Source of the DNA: Candidatus Poseidoniia archaeon
Lineage (GTDB): Archaea; Thermoplasmatota; Poseidoniia; MGIII; CG-Epi1
DNA length: 47,814 bases
Direction of reading: 5' to 3'
Assembly (NCBI GenBank): GCA_022449785.1
Contig: JAKURQ010000006.1
Span: forward strand, 1-47,814
The translations under genes and the position numbers were made by a program. Numbering within the stretch: position 1 is the stretch's first letter; every line of letters starts with the position of its first letter. The notes beneath the pieces are model-generated. The model saw only the letters and a program-made list of their open reading frames with translations. It did no database searches and was not told where the DNA came from. Shown piece after piece: positions 20,299 to 29,818 of this stretch.

Positions 20299-21309
20299 TT
20301 ATTTGTACGCAGATTTAGTTGTAGTAATTATCACTGATGCAATTTTGTATGGGTCTCCATTAGATGAAGGCCTACGATCTTCTAAGCGACCTTTCCAACC
20401 ATCCTCTACTGTCCCTACTGGAATTCTGATAGAGGCACCTCTATCTGAGACTCCGTATGAGAATTCATGAATAGATTGTGTTTCATGTAGACCTGTTAAC
20501 CTCTGCTCATTGTGTGCACCATATACATCCATGTGTTTCTTAATATTCTTTCCAAAGGCTTCACAAACCTTGTTGAAAACTTTCTCATCACCACATTTTC
20601 TTAGAGTACTATCTGAGAAATTAGCATGCATTCCAGAACCATTCCAGTCTGTAGCTCCGAGAGGTTTAGGGTGCCATTCTATAGCAAGCCCATATTTCTC
20701 TGCATTTCTCTCAGCTAAATAACGTGAAACCCAAATTTCATCCCCTGCATTTTTAGCTCCCTTTGAGAATATCTGATATTCCCATTGACCTACTGCTACT
20801 TCAGCATTGATACCTTCAACATTAAGTCCGGCATCCAGGCATTGGTCAAGATGGTCCTCAATTATTTCTCTACCGAAAGTATTCTTAGCACCAACTGAAC
20901 AGTAAAACTGACCTTGTGGTGTCTGGTCCCTTGGAAATCCTAAAGGAAGGTTTGTCTCTGGATCCCACAAAAAATACTCTTGTTCAAATCCAAACCAAAA
21001 ATCATTATCATCATCATCTATGGTAGCTCTAGCATTTGTATCATGAGGAGTGCCATCTGCATTGTAAACTTCATTCATCACCAAATATGCATCTCTCCTA
21101 TCAGGATCTGGAAATATTGCTACTGGTTTTAGTATACAATCTGAATCATTTCCTTCTGCCTGGCGAGTTGAACTACCATCAAATGACCAATCAGGGCAGT
21201 CTTTCAATTTGCCTGAAAACTTTTTTCGAATTAAAGTCTTACTTCTAAGACTCTGTGTTGGCTCAAAGCCATCTAACCAAATATATTCTAATTTTGAGAT
21301 TTTACCCAT
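20299..21309 (-). CDS. glnII: Glutamine synthetase type II; ATG at 21309 preferred over TTG at 21318
   Basis: ~336 aa; EYIWLDG, WSFDGSST, NAEVAVGQWEYQ, HPKP, DWNGSGMHANFS, RLTGLHET, RGASIRIP, EDRRPSSNGDPY. Minus-strand TTTATATA at 21337-21344 fits a leaderless start at 21309. Confidence 0.93.
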   Translation of the reverse strand: MGKISKLEYIWLDGFEPTQSLRSKTLIRKKFSGKLKDCPDWSFDGSSTRQAEGNDSDCILKPVAIFPDPDRRDAYLVMNEVYNADGTPHDTNARATIDDDDNDFWFGFEQEYFLWDPETNLPLGFPRDQTPQGQFYCSVGAKNTFGREIIEDHLDQCLDAGLNVEGINAEVAVGQWEYQIFSKGAKNAGDEIWVSRYLAERNAEKYGLAIEWHPKPLGATDWNGSGMHANFSDSTLRKCGDEKVFNKVCEAFGKNIKKHMDVYGAHNEQRLTGLHETQSIHEFSYGVSDRGASIRIPVGTVEDGWKGRLEDRRPSSNGDPYKIASVIITTTKSAYK

Positions 21310-21314
21310 AATAA

Positions 21315-21435
21315 TCAATGTTATATTGAAACATAGTATATAAAAAAAACGCTAAAATTAGTTTATTCATCTAAAAAAACAATAATAATTGAATTGAAAC
21401 ATAGATATTTATATATAGGATGAACAAATGTTCAT
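21315..21435. promoter_or_regulatory. Divergent glnII/lrp promoter region with candidate operators
   Basis: TATA boxes at 21337-21344 (-) and 21408-21415 (+); inverted repeat ATGAACA-AA-TGTTCAT at 21420-21435; direct repeat ATTGAAACATAG at 21325 and 21393. Confidence 0.6.
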
Positions 21436-21438
21436 TTT

Positions 21439-21885
21439 ATGGCGCTGAATTACAAAGATTCTGAACTTTTGAAACATTTGAGCAAAAATGGGAAAGCATC
21501 TCAAAGAGAACTTGCAGAAGTAACCGGGCTTGCGCTAGGTACTGTGAGCAACCATCTAAAAGTGCTTGAAAAGAATAAAATTATCAAAGGATACTCTGCA
21601 AATATTGATCCTGAGAAAGTAGGATTCACACTATCTGCAACAATTCACTTAAGGATAACAAAAGGGAAAATAATGGATGTTCAAGCATCTATTGCTAAGC
21701 ACCCTAGAGTTTACATTGTATATGATATAACTGGCGAATGGGACTCCTTAGTCTTAGCACGTTTCAAAGATCGAGAAGAAATGGATGAATTCATAAAAAC
21801 CACATTATCACAAAAAAATATAGAACGAACTAGTACATCTCTAGTTCTAAATAATGTGAAAGAAGAAATGAGAGTAATAATCTAA
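21439..21885 (+). CDS. Lrp/AsnC family transcriptional regulator
   Basis: N-terminal HTH (SQRELAEVTGLALGTVSNHLKVLE), IKGYSANIDPEKVG, YDITGEWD, RTSTSLVL. Confidence 0.93.
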   Translation: MALNYKDSELLKHLSKNGKASQRELAEVTGLALGTVSNHLKVLEKNKIIKGYSANIDPEKVGFTLSATIHLRITKGKIMDVQASIAKHPRVYIVYDITGEWDSLVLARFKDREEMDEFIKTTLSQKNIERTSTSLVLNNVKEEMRVII

Positions 21886-21925
21886 AATTATTATAACTGT
21901 AATATGTCTGCGGCCAGTAGGTACA

Positions 21926-23338
21926 GTGATGAGGAATATCATTAGAATTGCATTTTTGGTTTCCATAGCCCTTGTTGTTTCTGAAGATGTAGAGGCTGCT
22001 GAGCCTGAACAAATACATTTAGCAGCTAATGGAAATAAAGGCGAGATGGTGATTCAATGGGGCACTATAGAAGACACATGGAACTTCTGTCCCTCATCAA
22101 ATAATGTTGAATATGGTTTTGATAGTGATAATTTAAATTTTACAAAAAGTGGAAGCAGTGATATGTACCTATGGAATACCTGTACACACACAGTAATTTT
22201 AACTGAACTAGAACCAAATATGACATATTATTATCGTGTTGGGGGCGACGGAGAATGGAGTGATATTTTTTCATTTGTTACATTAGAAGAAAATCCTGAA
22301 AGAATTGTTGTTGGAGCCATTGCCGACCATGGAACGTCAAGTAATGCCCAAGAAACAACAAACAATATGGAAAATGAAGACATGGATTTAGTAATACATG
22401 CCGGAGACCTATCCTATGCTAACGGTGCTGGATCTGGGAATGGAATTGGAGATCAGAGTGTTTGGGATGAATATCAAAATCAAATTGAAAATGTAGCATC
22501 AAGAACACCTCATATGTATGCCCCTGGAAACCACGAAGAAGATGCTGAGCCCTATGGTTTTGACGCTTATGAAAGCAGATTCTTTAATCCTGGCCCTAAT
22601 AGTTTTTGGTACAGTTTCGATTTTGAATTCATACACTTCATTTCAATTTCTGCAGAACATGATTATGAACCTGGAAGTAGTCAATATAGTTGGCTACTGA
22701 ATGATCTTGAAGAGGCAAATGAAAATAGGGAAAATGTACCTTGGATTGTGATATTTGCACATCGCCCAATGTACAGTTCAAATGGTGACGGAGATGGGCA
22801 TGGTAGTGATATAGAATTTAGAGAAGCAATGGAAATTTTACTTTATGATTTTCAAGTTGATTTAGCAGTATGGGGTCATGACCATCATTACGAAAGAACA
22901 TATCCTGTTTTCGAAGAGAATGTATACTCAAATAATAGTGGGACCATGACAGACCCTTATTACAAGCCTGGTGCGACAATTCACATAGTTGCAGGAATGT
23001 CTGGAAGGTCGGCATATGATGGATTAGTTGAGCCAAAACCTGCCTGGAGTGCATATAGAGAAGTTGCATATGGATATACTATTTTTGAAGCGACCCCAAC
23101 AAGCATAAATTACAAATTTATTAGAAATAGTGATGGAAATGTCGCCGATGATTTTTGGATTATTAATACCTTAGAGGTAGATTTACCTATAGAAATTCCT
23201 AATAATAGAACCACAAATGAAACTGATGATGAAACAATAATTGATCAAATTAAAGAATTGAATTACAATAGTTTTGCTCTAACAACGGCAATTGTCGCTT
23301 TAACAGCGATATTTAATTTAAAGGTTAGAAAAAAATGA
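21926..23338 (+). CDS. Membrane-anchored purple acid phosphatase-type metallophosphoesterase
   Basis: Signal peptide, PEQIHL FN3-like domain, motifs DHG, GDLSY, GNHE, IFAH, GHDH; C-terminal TM plus RKK. Confidence 0.88.
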   Translation: MMRNIIRIAFLVSIALVVSEDVEAAEPEQIHLAANGNKGEMVIQWGTIEDTWNFCPSSNNVEYGFDSDNLNFTKSGSSDMYLWNTCTHTVILTELEPNMTYYYRVGGDGEWSDIFSFVTLEENPERIVVGAIADHGTSSNAQETTNNMENEDMDLVIHAGDLSYANGAGSGNGIGDQSVWDEYQNQIENVASRTPHMYAPGNHEEDAEPYGFDAYESRFFNPGPNSFWYSFDFEFIHFISISAEHDYEPGSSQYSWLLNDLEEANENRENVPWIVIFAHRPMYSSNGDGDGHGSDIEFREAMEILLYDFQVDLAVWGHDHHYERTYPVFEENVYSNNSGTMTDPYYKPGATIHIVAGMSGRSAYDGLVEPKPAWSAYREVAYGYTIFEATPTSINYKFIRNSDGNVADDFWIINTLEVDLPIEIPNNRTTNETDDETIIDQIKELNYNSFALTTAIVALTAIFNLKVRKK

Positions 23339-23653
23339 ATTCGCTTCTTCTATTTGATTAATAGTTAGGCCTTGTCCAAGAATACCGTTCCATCTTTTCA
23401 CTAACGCCCCATTCCTAAAAACAGCCATAGTAGGTACAACATTTATATCAAAGGAATCCCATAATTTCGAATCAACATCTGTAATATCTGCAATAAAAGT
23501 AGATTCAATATTTCCATAATCTTTCCAATTATTAAAAAAAGATACACAATAAGGACACCAATCTGCTGAAAAGAAAATAACTGATTTACCTTTATGTTCC
23601 TTAATTTTCAAATTGTCAAAATTAGAATCGTTAAGTCGTGGTAAATCTTTCAT
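23318..23653 (-). CDS. Thioredoxin family protein
   Basis: FSADWCPYC and VVPT cis-Pro motif. Confidence 0.88.
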   Translation of the reverse strand: MKDLPRLNDSNFDNLKIKEHKGKSVIFFSADWCPYCVSFFNNWKDYGNIESTFIADITDVDSKLWDSFDINVVPTMAVFRNGALVKRWNGILGQGLTINQIEEANSFFSNL

Positions 23654-24252
23654 TTCTTTTTCCAGCGCATAAAAATTTCACGGTTCGCACGAGGTTCTAT
23701 AGACTCTCTAGGCATCTCTTCTTCTTCTAAAACCCAATGTAGGCTGAATAATTTGTGGAGATCCATAATATCTACACCCCAAGGAGGGCCTCCCTCCTCA
23801 ACTTCCTTATCTAATGGAAAAAATAAACCCAAAAGTTCTCCTTCTGGCTTTAACAATTGCCAAACAACTCTATCATATTCAAAGCGCCTATCTGGACTAA
23901 TGGCACAAAAACAAGTATACTCCATAACATAATCAAATTTACCATGTAATTCTTCAGGTAAATCAAATATATCTTCACGTAAGACCTTCATTGAGACTGC
24001 AGCATTTCTTGCATTTTCTCTGGCCTCTAAGACGGCAGTCTCTGTAAAATCAACTGCTGTGACATCGAAACCTGCTTTGGCAAATGTAACAGCATCATAA
24101 CCTCGACCACAACCAATTACACAAATTTTTCCTTTAGGAATCTCAGAAGCTAGCCTTTCGAAGAATGGAGTAGGGCCACCTAAATCCCAATTATCCATTT
24201 CTGTTTCGTAACAAGCTTCCCAGAATTCTGATGTATTTACGGGGTCTTCCAC
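23650..24252 (-). CDS. TPMT / thiol-halide class I SAM methyltransferase
   Basis: WDLGGPTP, IGCGRGYDA, EYTCFCAI, GGPPWG. Confidence 0.85.
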   Translation of the reverse strand: MEDPVNTSEFWEACYETEMDNWDLGGPTPFFERLASEIPKGKICVIGCGRGYDAVTFAKAGFDVTAVDFTETAVLEARENARNAAVSMKVLREDIFDLPEELHGKFDYVMEYTCFCAISPDRRFEYDRVVWQLLKPEGELLGLFFPLDKEVEEGGPPWGVDIMDLHKLFSLHWVLEEEEMPRESIEPRANREIFMRWKKK

Positions 24253-24323
24253 AATATTCTCAAAAAGAGGTATTGTTAAAAGATAGGGTCAAAGCTTTTT
24301 GACACCTCTCTTAATCATATTGT

Positions 24324-24803
24324 ATGACTACTGTCATGATGAGAACAAGTGCTGGAGATATAACTATAGAGCTATTTGATGATAAAGCTCCTAAGACCGT
24401 CGAAAATTTTTTGAAATTAGTCGATAAAAGATTTTACAATGGATTGCATTTCCACAGAGTTATCAAGGATTTTATGCTACAAGGAGGGTGTCCTAATTCA
24501 AAAGATCCAAATAACCCAAAAGCTGGAACTGGAGGTCCAGGATACCAAATTAATTGCGAATTTCATCCTGAATTGAAACACGATAGACCAGGTCTACTTT
24601 CTATGGCAAATGCTGGACCAAATACTGGCGGTTCCCAATTTTTCTTAACCACTGTACCTACTCCTTGGCTTGATGGGGCTCACGCAATATTTGGTGAAGT
24701 GACTAATGGTATGCAAACCGTTCAAAAAATTGAAAATTGTAAAACAGGCCATATGGACAGACCGAACAAGCCTCAACAAATCATATCAGTGTCGAGACTT
24801 TAG
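24324..24803 (+). CDS. Cyclophilin-type peptidyl-prolyl cis-trans isomerase
   Basis: [46 protein letters not shown]. Confidence 0.96.
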   Translation: MTTVMMRTSAGDITIELFDDKAPKTVENFLKLVDKRFYNGLHFHRVIKDFMLQGGCPNSKDPNNPKAGTGGPGYQINCEFHPELKHDRPGLLSMANAGPNTGGSQFFLTTVPTPWLDGAHAIFGEVTNGMQTVQKIENCKTGHMDRPNKPQQIISVSRL

Positions 24804-24811
24804 TTATCTAA

Positions 24812-25348
24812 ATGACCGAAGATTTAGAAGAACCTAAATTCAAGGTTATACGAGAATATGAGGGTTTTGAAATCCGCAAGTATGCTGATACAATACAAGC
24901 ACAAGTTGCTTCAGCGTTAACTAAAGAAGTAAGTTCCAGTACTCATTTCAGAGAAATTGCAAGTTATATTTTTGGAAATAACCGTAAATCTCAAAACATA
25001 TCAATGACTGCTCCAGTTCACACTTGGAATAAGAATGATGAAACTCTAATGGCTTTTACAATGCCTTCTAAATTTAATATTGAAAAATTACCTAAACCAA
25101 ACAACGATAGAGTGAAATTACTGAAAATTGAAGGCGAATTTATAGCTGCATTAAAATTTTCTTGGTTTTCTGGAAAGAAGCGGGCTGAAAAACTAATACA
25201 AAAACTTCAAAAGTTGATTAAAACTGAAGGATTAAAACAAACTGGAATCCCTAAATTAGCAGTCTATGATAATCCAATGACAACTCTCCCATTTGCGAGG
25301 AGAAATGAAATACACATACCAATTGAATGGCCTATTAATCGTCAGTAG
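24812..25348 (+). CDS. SOUL heme-binding family protein
   Basis: EEPKFKV, FEIRKY, YIFGNN, ISMTAPV, MAFTMP, RRNEI. Confidence 0.9.
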   Translation: MTEDLEEPKFKVIREYEGFEIRKYADTIQAQVASALTKEVSSSTHFREIASYIFGNNRKSQNISMTAPVHTWNKNDETLMAFTMPSKFNIEKLPKPNNDRVKLLKIEGEFIAALKFSWFSGKKRAEKLIQKLQKLIKTEGLKQTGIPKLAVYDNPMTTLPFARRNEIHIPIEWPINRQ

Positions 25349-27140
25349 AAGAACCTTCTTCCATATAGGGCATATCTATGTCTAACTGAGCGATATACAA
25401 ACCTGAAGTTATACAAGAAAGATAGGTATAGCCATCATGATATTCTGCAGCCCATAAGAAAGGAATCCAACCAAAATCGTAGAAATTAGAATCTAAAGGT
25501 TCACCATAGGCATTATTTTGAGGTAAAATATAAGCTACTGTTGATGATAAATGAGAAGCATTTCTATCCTCAGAATTTCCTGTTGCAATTATTGTTTCAA
25601 CATCAACAATCCATAATCCTGCATGGTAATGTGAAATGTATAATCTTCCATCCCATCCTCCACCATAACTTCGATCTGGCTTTTCTTCATCAGTAATAAA
25701 GTGACCTGAATCTAAATTATGTGGACTAAAGAGTAACCACTCATCACCATTCGCATGAGCTTCACATGAAGAACCAAAACAATGCAGTCCAGATGTAGGA
25801 ATTTCCCAATCTCCTACTAATTTAGGGAGGAAACGTAAATTTCCATTTACTACTTCATAATCTGTATTATCAATAACATAAATCATTCCTGTACCTACTG
25901 TAGTTGACAGAACCTCCACTGCTGCTGTGATTAAATGACGCTCACCTTCTAATTCAGGACGTATATGTGAGATATCAACCATTTCAGGATAAGGCTCCGT
26001 ATAATGTATGTAGGAGGAACGACCGCCATTTTCATTACCTGTCGAACCACTATCTGGTTGTCCATCACCATCAAAATCTGCAAAATCCATCCAATATCCT
26101 ACTTCAGGAGCACGCCACAGACAAGTCACTGGTGACCCAATTGTACTTTTACATCCTAAACCATAAAACAAATAATTTTCAGGGCTGTTGATTGGGTGAG
26201 GGACGTCCGTTACATCACCAATTCTTACGCCAGCCTCCCAATACGCTCCATACACATATGTCCTTCCATAACGAGGATCTTGCGGATCATTACCTGGCCA
26301 AGTTTGTACTGTCATATCATGAATGTAAATCCATCCACCTCTTGTTGTTTCCCAAGCAACTTCATATTCTCCAACTTTGATTACTGTATGGCCATATCCT
26401 GCACCAGGTACTCCTTCCAAAGTTCTAGCTACTGAACCTTGAAGATTCAAATGAGCTATAGTAACTCCTCCGCATGCTTCTCCAACAGCAATATCACAAC
26501 CTTCATAGTCTGGATTTGCAACGAAAATATACCATTCACCATCTATCATATGTGTGTACAAATTATGTGGTCCACTAGGATGATCTGAATCATACCAGCT
26601 ATCAACCCAAACTGGATTTGTTTTATCTGTAACATCAACTAAGACTACACTGACTTGTGTTGGATCGCCCCACTCACCAACTTGCGGATCTGCATAGCCA
26701 GGATCGACCAATTGGTTTTGTAAAATTACGTATTCTCTACCACTAAATTCAAGATATTTAATATCTAAAAGTTGGGTATTAGGATCAGTATATTTTCCCA
26801 TTACTGTTGTGTTGTAAGGATCGGTAACATCAGTTATATGAAATTCGGACCAGCCTGCCTGATAAGCATATGTTCTACCATCTGGAGAATCTGCAACTGT
26901 AACTTCTGCATTACCTCCATTTGTTAGTGGATTATATGATATTTGCTCAATATTGCCACTACTCATATTGTGCATTGATGCGTCCATATGATCATGACCC
27001 TCATCTTGTAGAAGTGGATCCTCAAGTACTATTGTGTCATTATCTGTGGATGTTTCATCATCTGATACTAAAAAATATGTAAGTGCACTGATTAGACTTA
27101 TACCAATCAAAGCTGCCAGTGCTATCTCTTTAGTCTGCAT
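25335..27140 (-). CDS. N-terminally anchored extracellular LVIVD-repeat-like beta-propeller
   Basis: N-terminal TM; blade motifs ITDVTDP, LVDVTDKTNP, YWEAGVRIGDVTD, HYHAGLWIVDV; repeated PHN/IHD motifs. Confidence 0.65.
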   Translation of the reverse strand: MQTKEIALAALIGISLISALTYFLVSDDETSTDNDTIVLEDPLLQDEGHDHMDASMHNMSSGNIEQISYNPLTNGGNAEVTVADSPDGRTYAYQAGWSEFHITDVTDPYNTTVMGKYTDPNTQLLDIKYLEFSGREYVILQNQLVDPGYADPQVGEWGDPTQVSVVLVDVTDKTNPVWVDSWYDSDHPSGPHNLYTHMIDGEWYIFVANPDYEGCDIAVGEACGGVTIAHLNLQGSVARTLEGVPGAGYGHTVIKVGEYEVAWETTRGGWIYIHDMTVQTWPGNDPQDPRYGRTYVYGAYWEAGVRIGDVTDVPHPINSPENYLFYGLGCKSTIGSPVTCLWRAPEVGYWMDFADFDGDGQPDSGSTGNENGGRSSYIHYTEPYPEMVDISHIRPELEGERHLITAAVEVLSTTVGTGMIYVIDNTDYEVVNGNLRFLPKLVGDWEIPTSGLHCFGSSCEAHANGDEWLLFSPHNLDSGHFITDEEKPDRSYGGGWDGRLYISHYHAGLWIVDVETIIATGNSEDRNASHLSSTVAYILPQNNAYGEPLDSNFYDFGWIPFLWAAEYHDGYTYLSCITSGLYIAQLDIDMPYMEEGSSTDD

Positions 27141-27191
27141 TAATTTAGTTAGTATAACCTTTTATTTATAGGCTATTTGCAATACAAATAC

Positions 27192-27803
27192 ATGAAGGCG
27201 AAAGAAGTAGTACTAAGTGTAGCGATTGGACTGCTTTTCTGCTTTCAAATTATTTTCCCCGTAGCTACGGCACATACTGGAGGAATCTTTACAATAATTG
27301 TTTCAGAAAATGGCGTTGTTCCTGGAAATGTGCAAATGCTAGTAAATGATACGGCCCGTTGGATTAACGTAGATGACAGAGAAAATATAACTCATAGAAT
27401 TCTAGTAGACTCAGATTCGGATGGAATCTATGATGGAGAAAATGATTGGGATTCCGGAAACCTGACTGATTCTTGTGAGCATGTAAACGGAACAAAAGTA
27501 GATGAAAATTGTAACGCTTATTTTGATGTTATTTTTAATGAAACTGCTTTGAATATGAGTTATTATGACATTGTAGGGACGTATGCATTTGTCGATATTG
27601 TTTCTAATGGAGAAAAAGTCTATGGAAATGTAACTGTCAATCCCGATACACATCTTACAGCTGGCTTCCAAGAACCAATAAATGAAGAAAAAGATGATGA
27701 AGGTGAAGAAAGGCCTGCTTTCTTGCTAATAATTGCAGCTGTGTCTGGCATCGGTGCTGTAATACTTGGAGCTATGATTATCTTTGGTAGTAAAGACGAA
27801 TAA
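27192..27803 (+). CDS. Membrane-anchored cupredoxin-like protein; ATG at 27192 preferred
   Basis: Signal peptide ending ATA|H; PGNVQMLVNDTARWINVD...THRI resembles a cupredoxin N-terminal half; C-terminal TM. Confidence 0.55.
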   Translation: MKAKEVVLSVAIGLLFCFQIIFPVATAHTGGIFTIIVSENGVVPGNVQMLVNDTARWINVDDRENITHRILVDSDSDGIYDGENDWDSGNLTDSCEHVNGTKVDENCNAYFDVIFNETALNMSYYDIVGTYAFVDIVSNGEKVYGNVTVNPDTHLTAGFQEPINEEKDDEGEERPAFLLIIAAVSGIGAVILGAMIIFGSKDE

Positions 27804-28320
27804 ACAAGACCTCCTTAAGGGACTATTACTCGGATTAATAACTATCTCAATACTAAGTAGTGTATATTACCTAAATACTAATTCAAACCAGAAGGAAGAT
27901 CCCATAGGAAATGATTATCTTAAAAGTGAGATATGCTATTATGCATTACAAGGGATAAAATCGGATTACCATTATCATTTACAATTGAACATAACCATTA
28001 ATGGCGAACGGATTGAAATTCCAACTAATATAGGGTTTGAGAAAGATGAAAATGGTGATACTCTCTTCTTACATCCTATTCACACCTATGACAACAGTGG
28101 AAGAATACATGTAGAAACTACAAGAAATGCAACGGCCGAGTTAGGGTTCCTTTTTGATATATGGGGAGAGGATTTCTCAAGAAATAAAATTCTTGATTAC
28201 AATGTTGATGAAGAACATATTATTGAGATGACCATGAACGGTGAATCGGTAGACACATTTGAGAATACTATTTTGGAACCATATGTTTTCATCGATATAA
28301 ATTATAAAATTAAAAACTAA
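27784..28320 (+). CDS. Membrane-anchored His-motif hypothetical protein
   Basis: N-terminal TM; HYHLQLNITING-x5-PTNIG and LHPIHTYDNSGRIHVE. Confidence 0.7.
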   Translation: MVVKTNKQDLLKGLLLGLITISILSSVYYLNTNSNQKEDPIGNDYLKSEICYYALQGIKSDYHYHLQLNITINGERIEIPTNIGFEKDENGDTLFLHPIHTYDNSGRIHVETTRNATAELGFLFDIWGEDFSRNKILDYNVDEEHIIEMTMNGESVDTFENTILEPYVFIDINYKIKN

Positions 28321-28351
28321 ATTTTATTTTAGCGCCCTAACATAATGAACT

Positions 28352-29818
28352 ATGGGCTCTATTATGGATGGATTAAAACCAGAAAATGTATGGAAACATT
28401 TTGAAACGTTAACTAAAATCCCAAGGCCTTCCAAGCATGAAGAAAAAATATTGCAATATCTAAGAAACTTCGCTGAAGAAAGAAATCTAGAGATGAGAGA
28501 GGATTCTACAGGAAATATAGTAATACTAAGGCCTGGAAGTGGAGGTGGAGAGAATGCACCTACTGTGATTATTCAAAGTCATGTGGATATGGTCTGTGAG
28601 AAGAATCGAGACGCAGACCACGATTTCATGAATGATCCCTTGGACCTTTACATTGAAGATGGGTGGTTGAAAGCAAAAGAAACAACTCTTGGAGCCGACA
28701 ATGGAATCGGTGTAGCTTCAGCTATGGCTTTACTAGAAATGCCTAATGAAAGTCGATTACCGCCTCTTGAGTGTCTTTTCACTGTTGATGAAGAAACAGG
28801 ACTTACTGGAGCATTTGCTTTGAGCGGAGACATAATCAAAGGAAGAACCATGCTAAATCTGGACACTGAAGATTGGGGAGAAATTTGCATTGGTTGCGCT
28901 GGTGGTGGTGATTCAAGCATAAACTTGCCTATTGAATATAGAGATGCACCAACAGATTTTCTTTCTTTTCAATTATCTGTAGAAGGATTGAAGGGAGGAC
29001 ACTCGGGAGTAGATATACATGAAGAAAGAGGCAATGCAATTGTTTTCTTATCATCTATTATGGATGCAGTGCAAAATGAAATGGATTGTCGCTTGGTATC
29101 TATTCAAGGAGGCGATAAACATAATGCAATACCAAGAGAAGCTTTCGCTACAATTCTAGTTAGCCCTGAATCTGCTGCAGATGCGCAAATTATAGTTTCA
29201 AAAAGAAGTGATGCCTTATCAAAAGAATTCGGTTCTATGGAAACCAATTTACAAGTTAATTTATCAGGACTTGATGATTCTCCAGATAAGACATTAACTA
29301 AAGATAGTCAAATTCAGATTATTTCGCTATTGCGTACACTTCCTCATGGCGTATTGAAATATTCCCATGATGTAGAGGGTTTGGTGGAAACATCTAACAA
29401 CTTAGCTTCTGTGAAGATGGGAGGAGCAAATATTACCGTACATTGCTCAACTAGATCCTCTATTGCTGAAGCTTTGGAAGCACAAAGGGAACGAATTAAA
29501 ATCATGGGAGCTTCATACGGAGCTGTTGTTGAACAAGACGAGCCATATCCTGGATGGGCTCCAAATTTAAATTCACCGATCTTAGAAACTACTACAAAGA
29601 TTTACACTGAAATTCTCGGTAAAGAGCCTCATATATGTGCTATTCACGCAGGATTAGAATGTGGAGTTATAGGTGAAAAAGTGGAGGGAATGGATATGGT
29701 ATCTTTTGGACCTACGATTAAGGGACCTCATTCACCTGATGAAAGAGTAGAAATTGAATCAGTCGATAAATTTTGGGATTTGTTACTAAAAATCCTGAAA
29801 AACCTTGCAGCAAAGTGA
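28352..29818 (+). CDS. pepD: Aminoacyl-histidine dipeptidase (peptidase M20C)
   Basis: IPRPSKHE, QSHVDMVCEK, TTLGADNGIG, DEETGLTGA, NLDTED, GGHSG, IHAGLECG, HSPDE. Confidence 0.93.
   Translation: MGSIMDGLKPENVWKHFETLTKIPRPSKHEEKILQYLRNFAEERNLEMREDSTGNIVILRPGSGGGENAPTVIIQSHVDMVCEKNRDADHDFMNDPLDLYIEDGWLKAKETTLGADNGIGVASAMALLEMPNESRLPPLECLFTVDEETGLTGAFALSGDIIKGRTMLNLDTEDWGEICIGCAGGGDSSINLPIEYRDAPTDFLSFQLSVEGLKGGHSGVDIHEERGNAIVFLSSIMDAVQNEMDCRLVSIQGGDKHNAIPREAFATILVSPESAADAQIIVSKRSDALSKEFGSMETNLQVNLSGLDDSPDKTLTKDSQIQIISLLRTLPHGVLKYSHDVEGLVETSNNLASVKMGGANITVHCSTRSSIAEALEAQRERIKIMGASYGAVVEQDEPYPGWAPNLNSPILETTTKIYTEILGKEPHICAIHAGLECGVIGEKVEGMDMVSFGPTIKGPHSPDERVEIESVDKFWDLLLKILKNLAAK

Noticed and set aside
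20221-25348. Integrated element at tRNA-Pro
   Set aside because: No integrase, no visible att duplication and no obvious composition shift.
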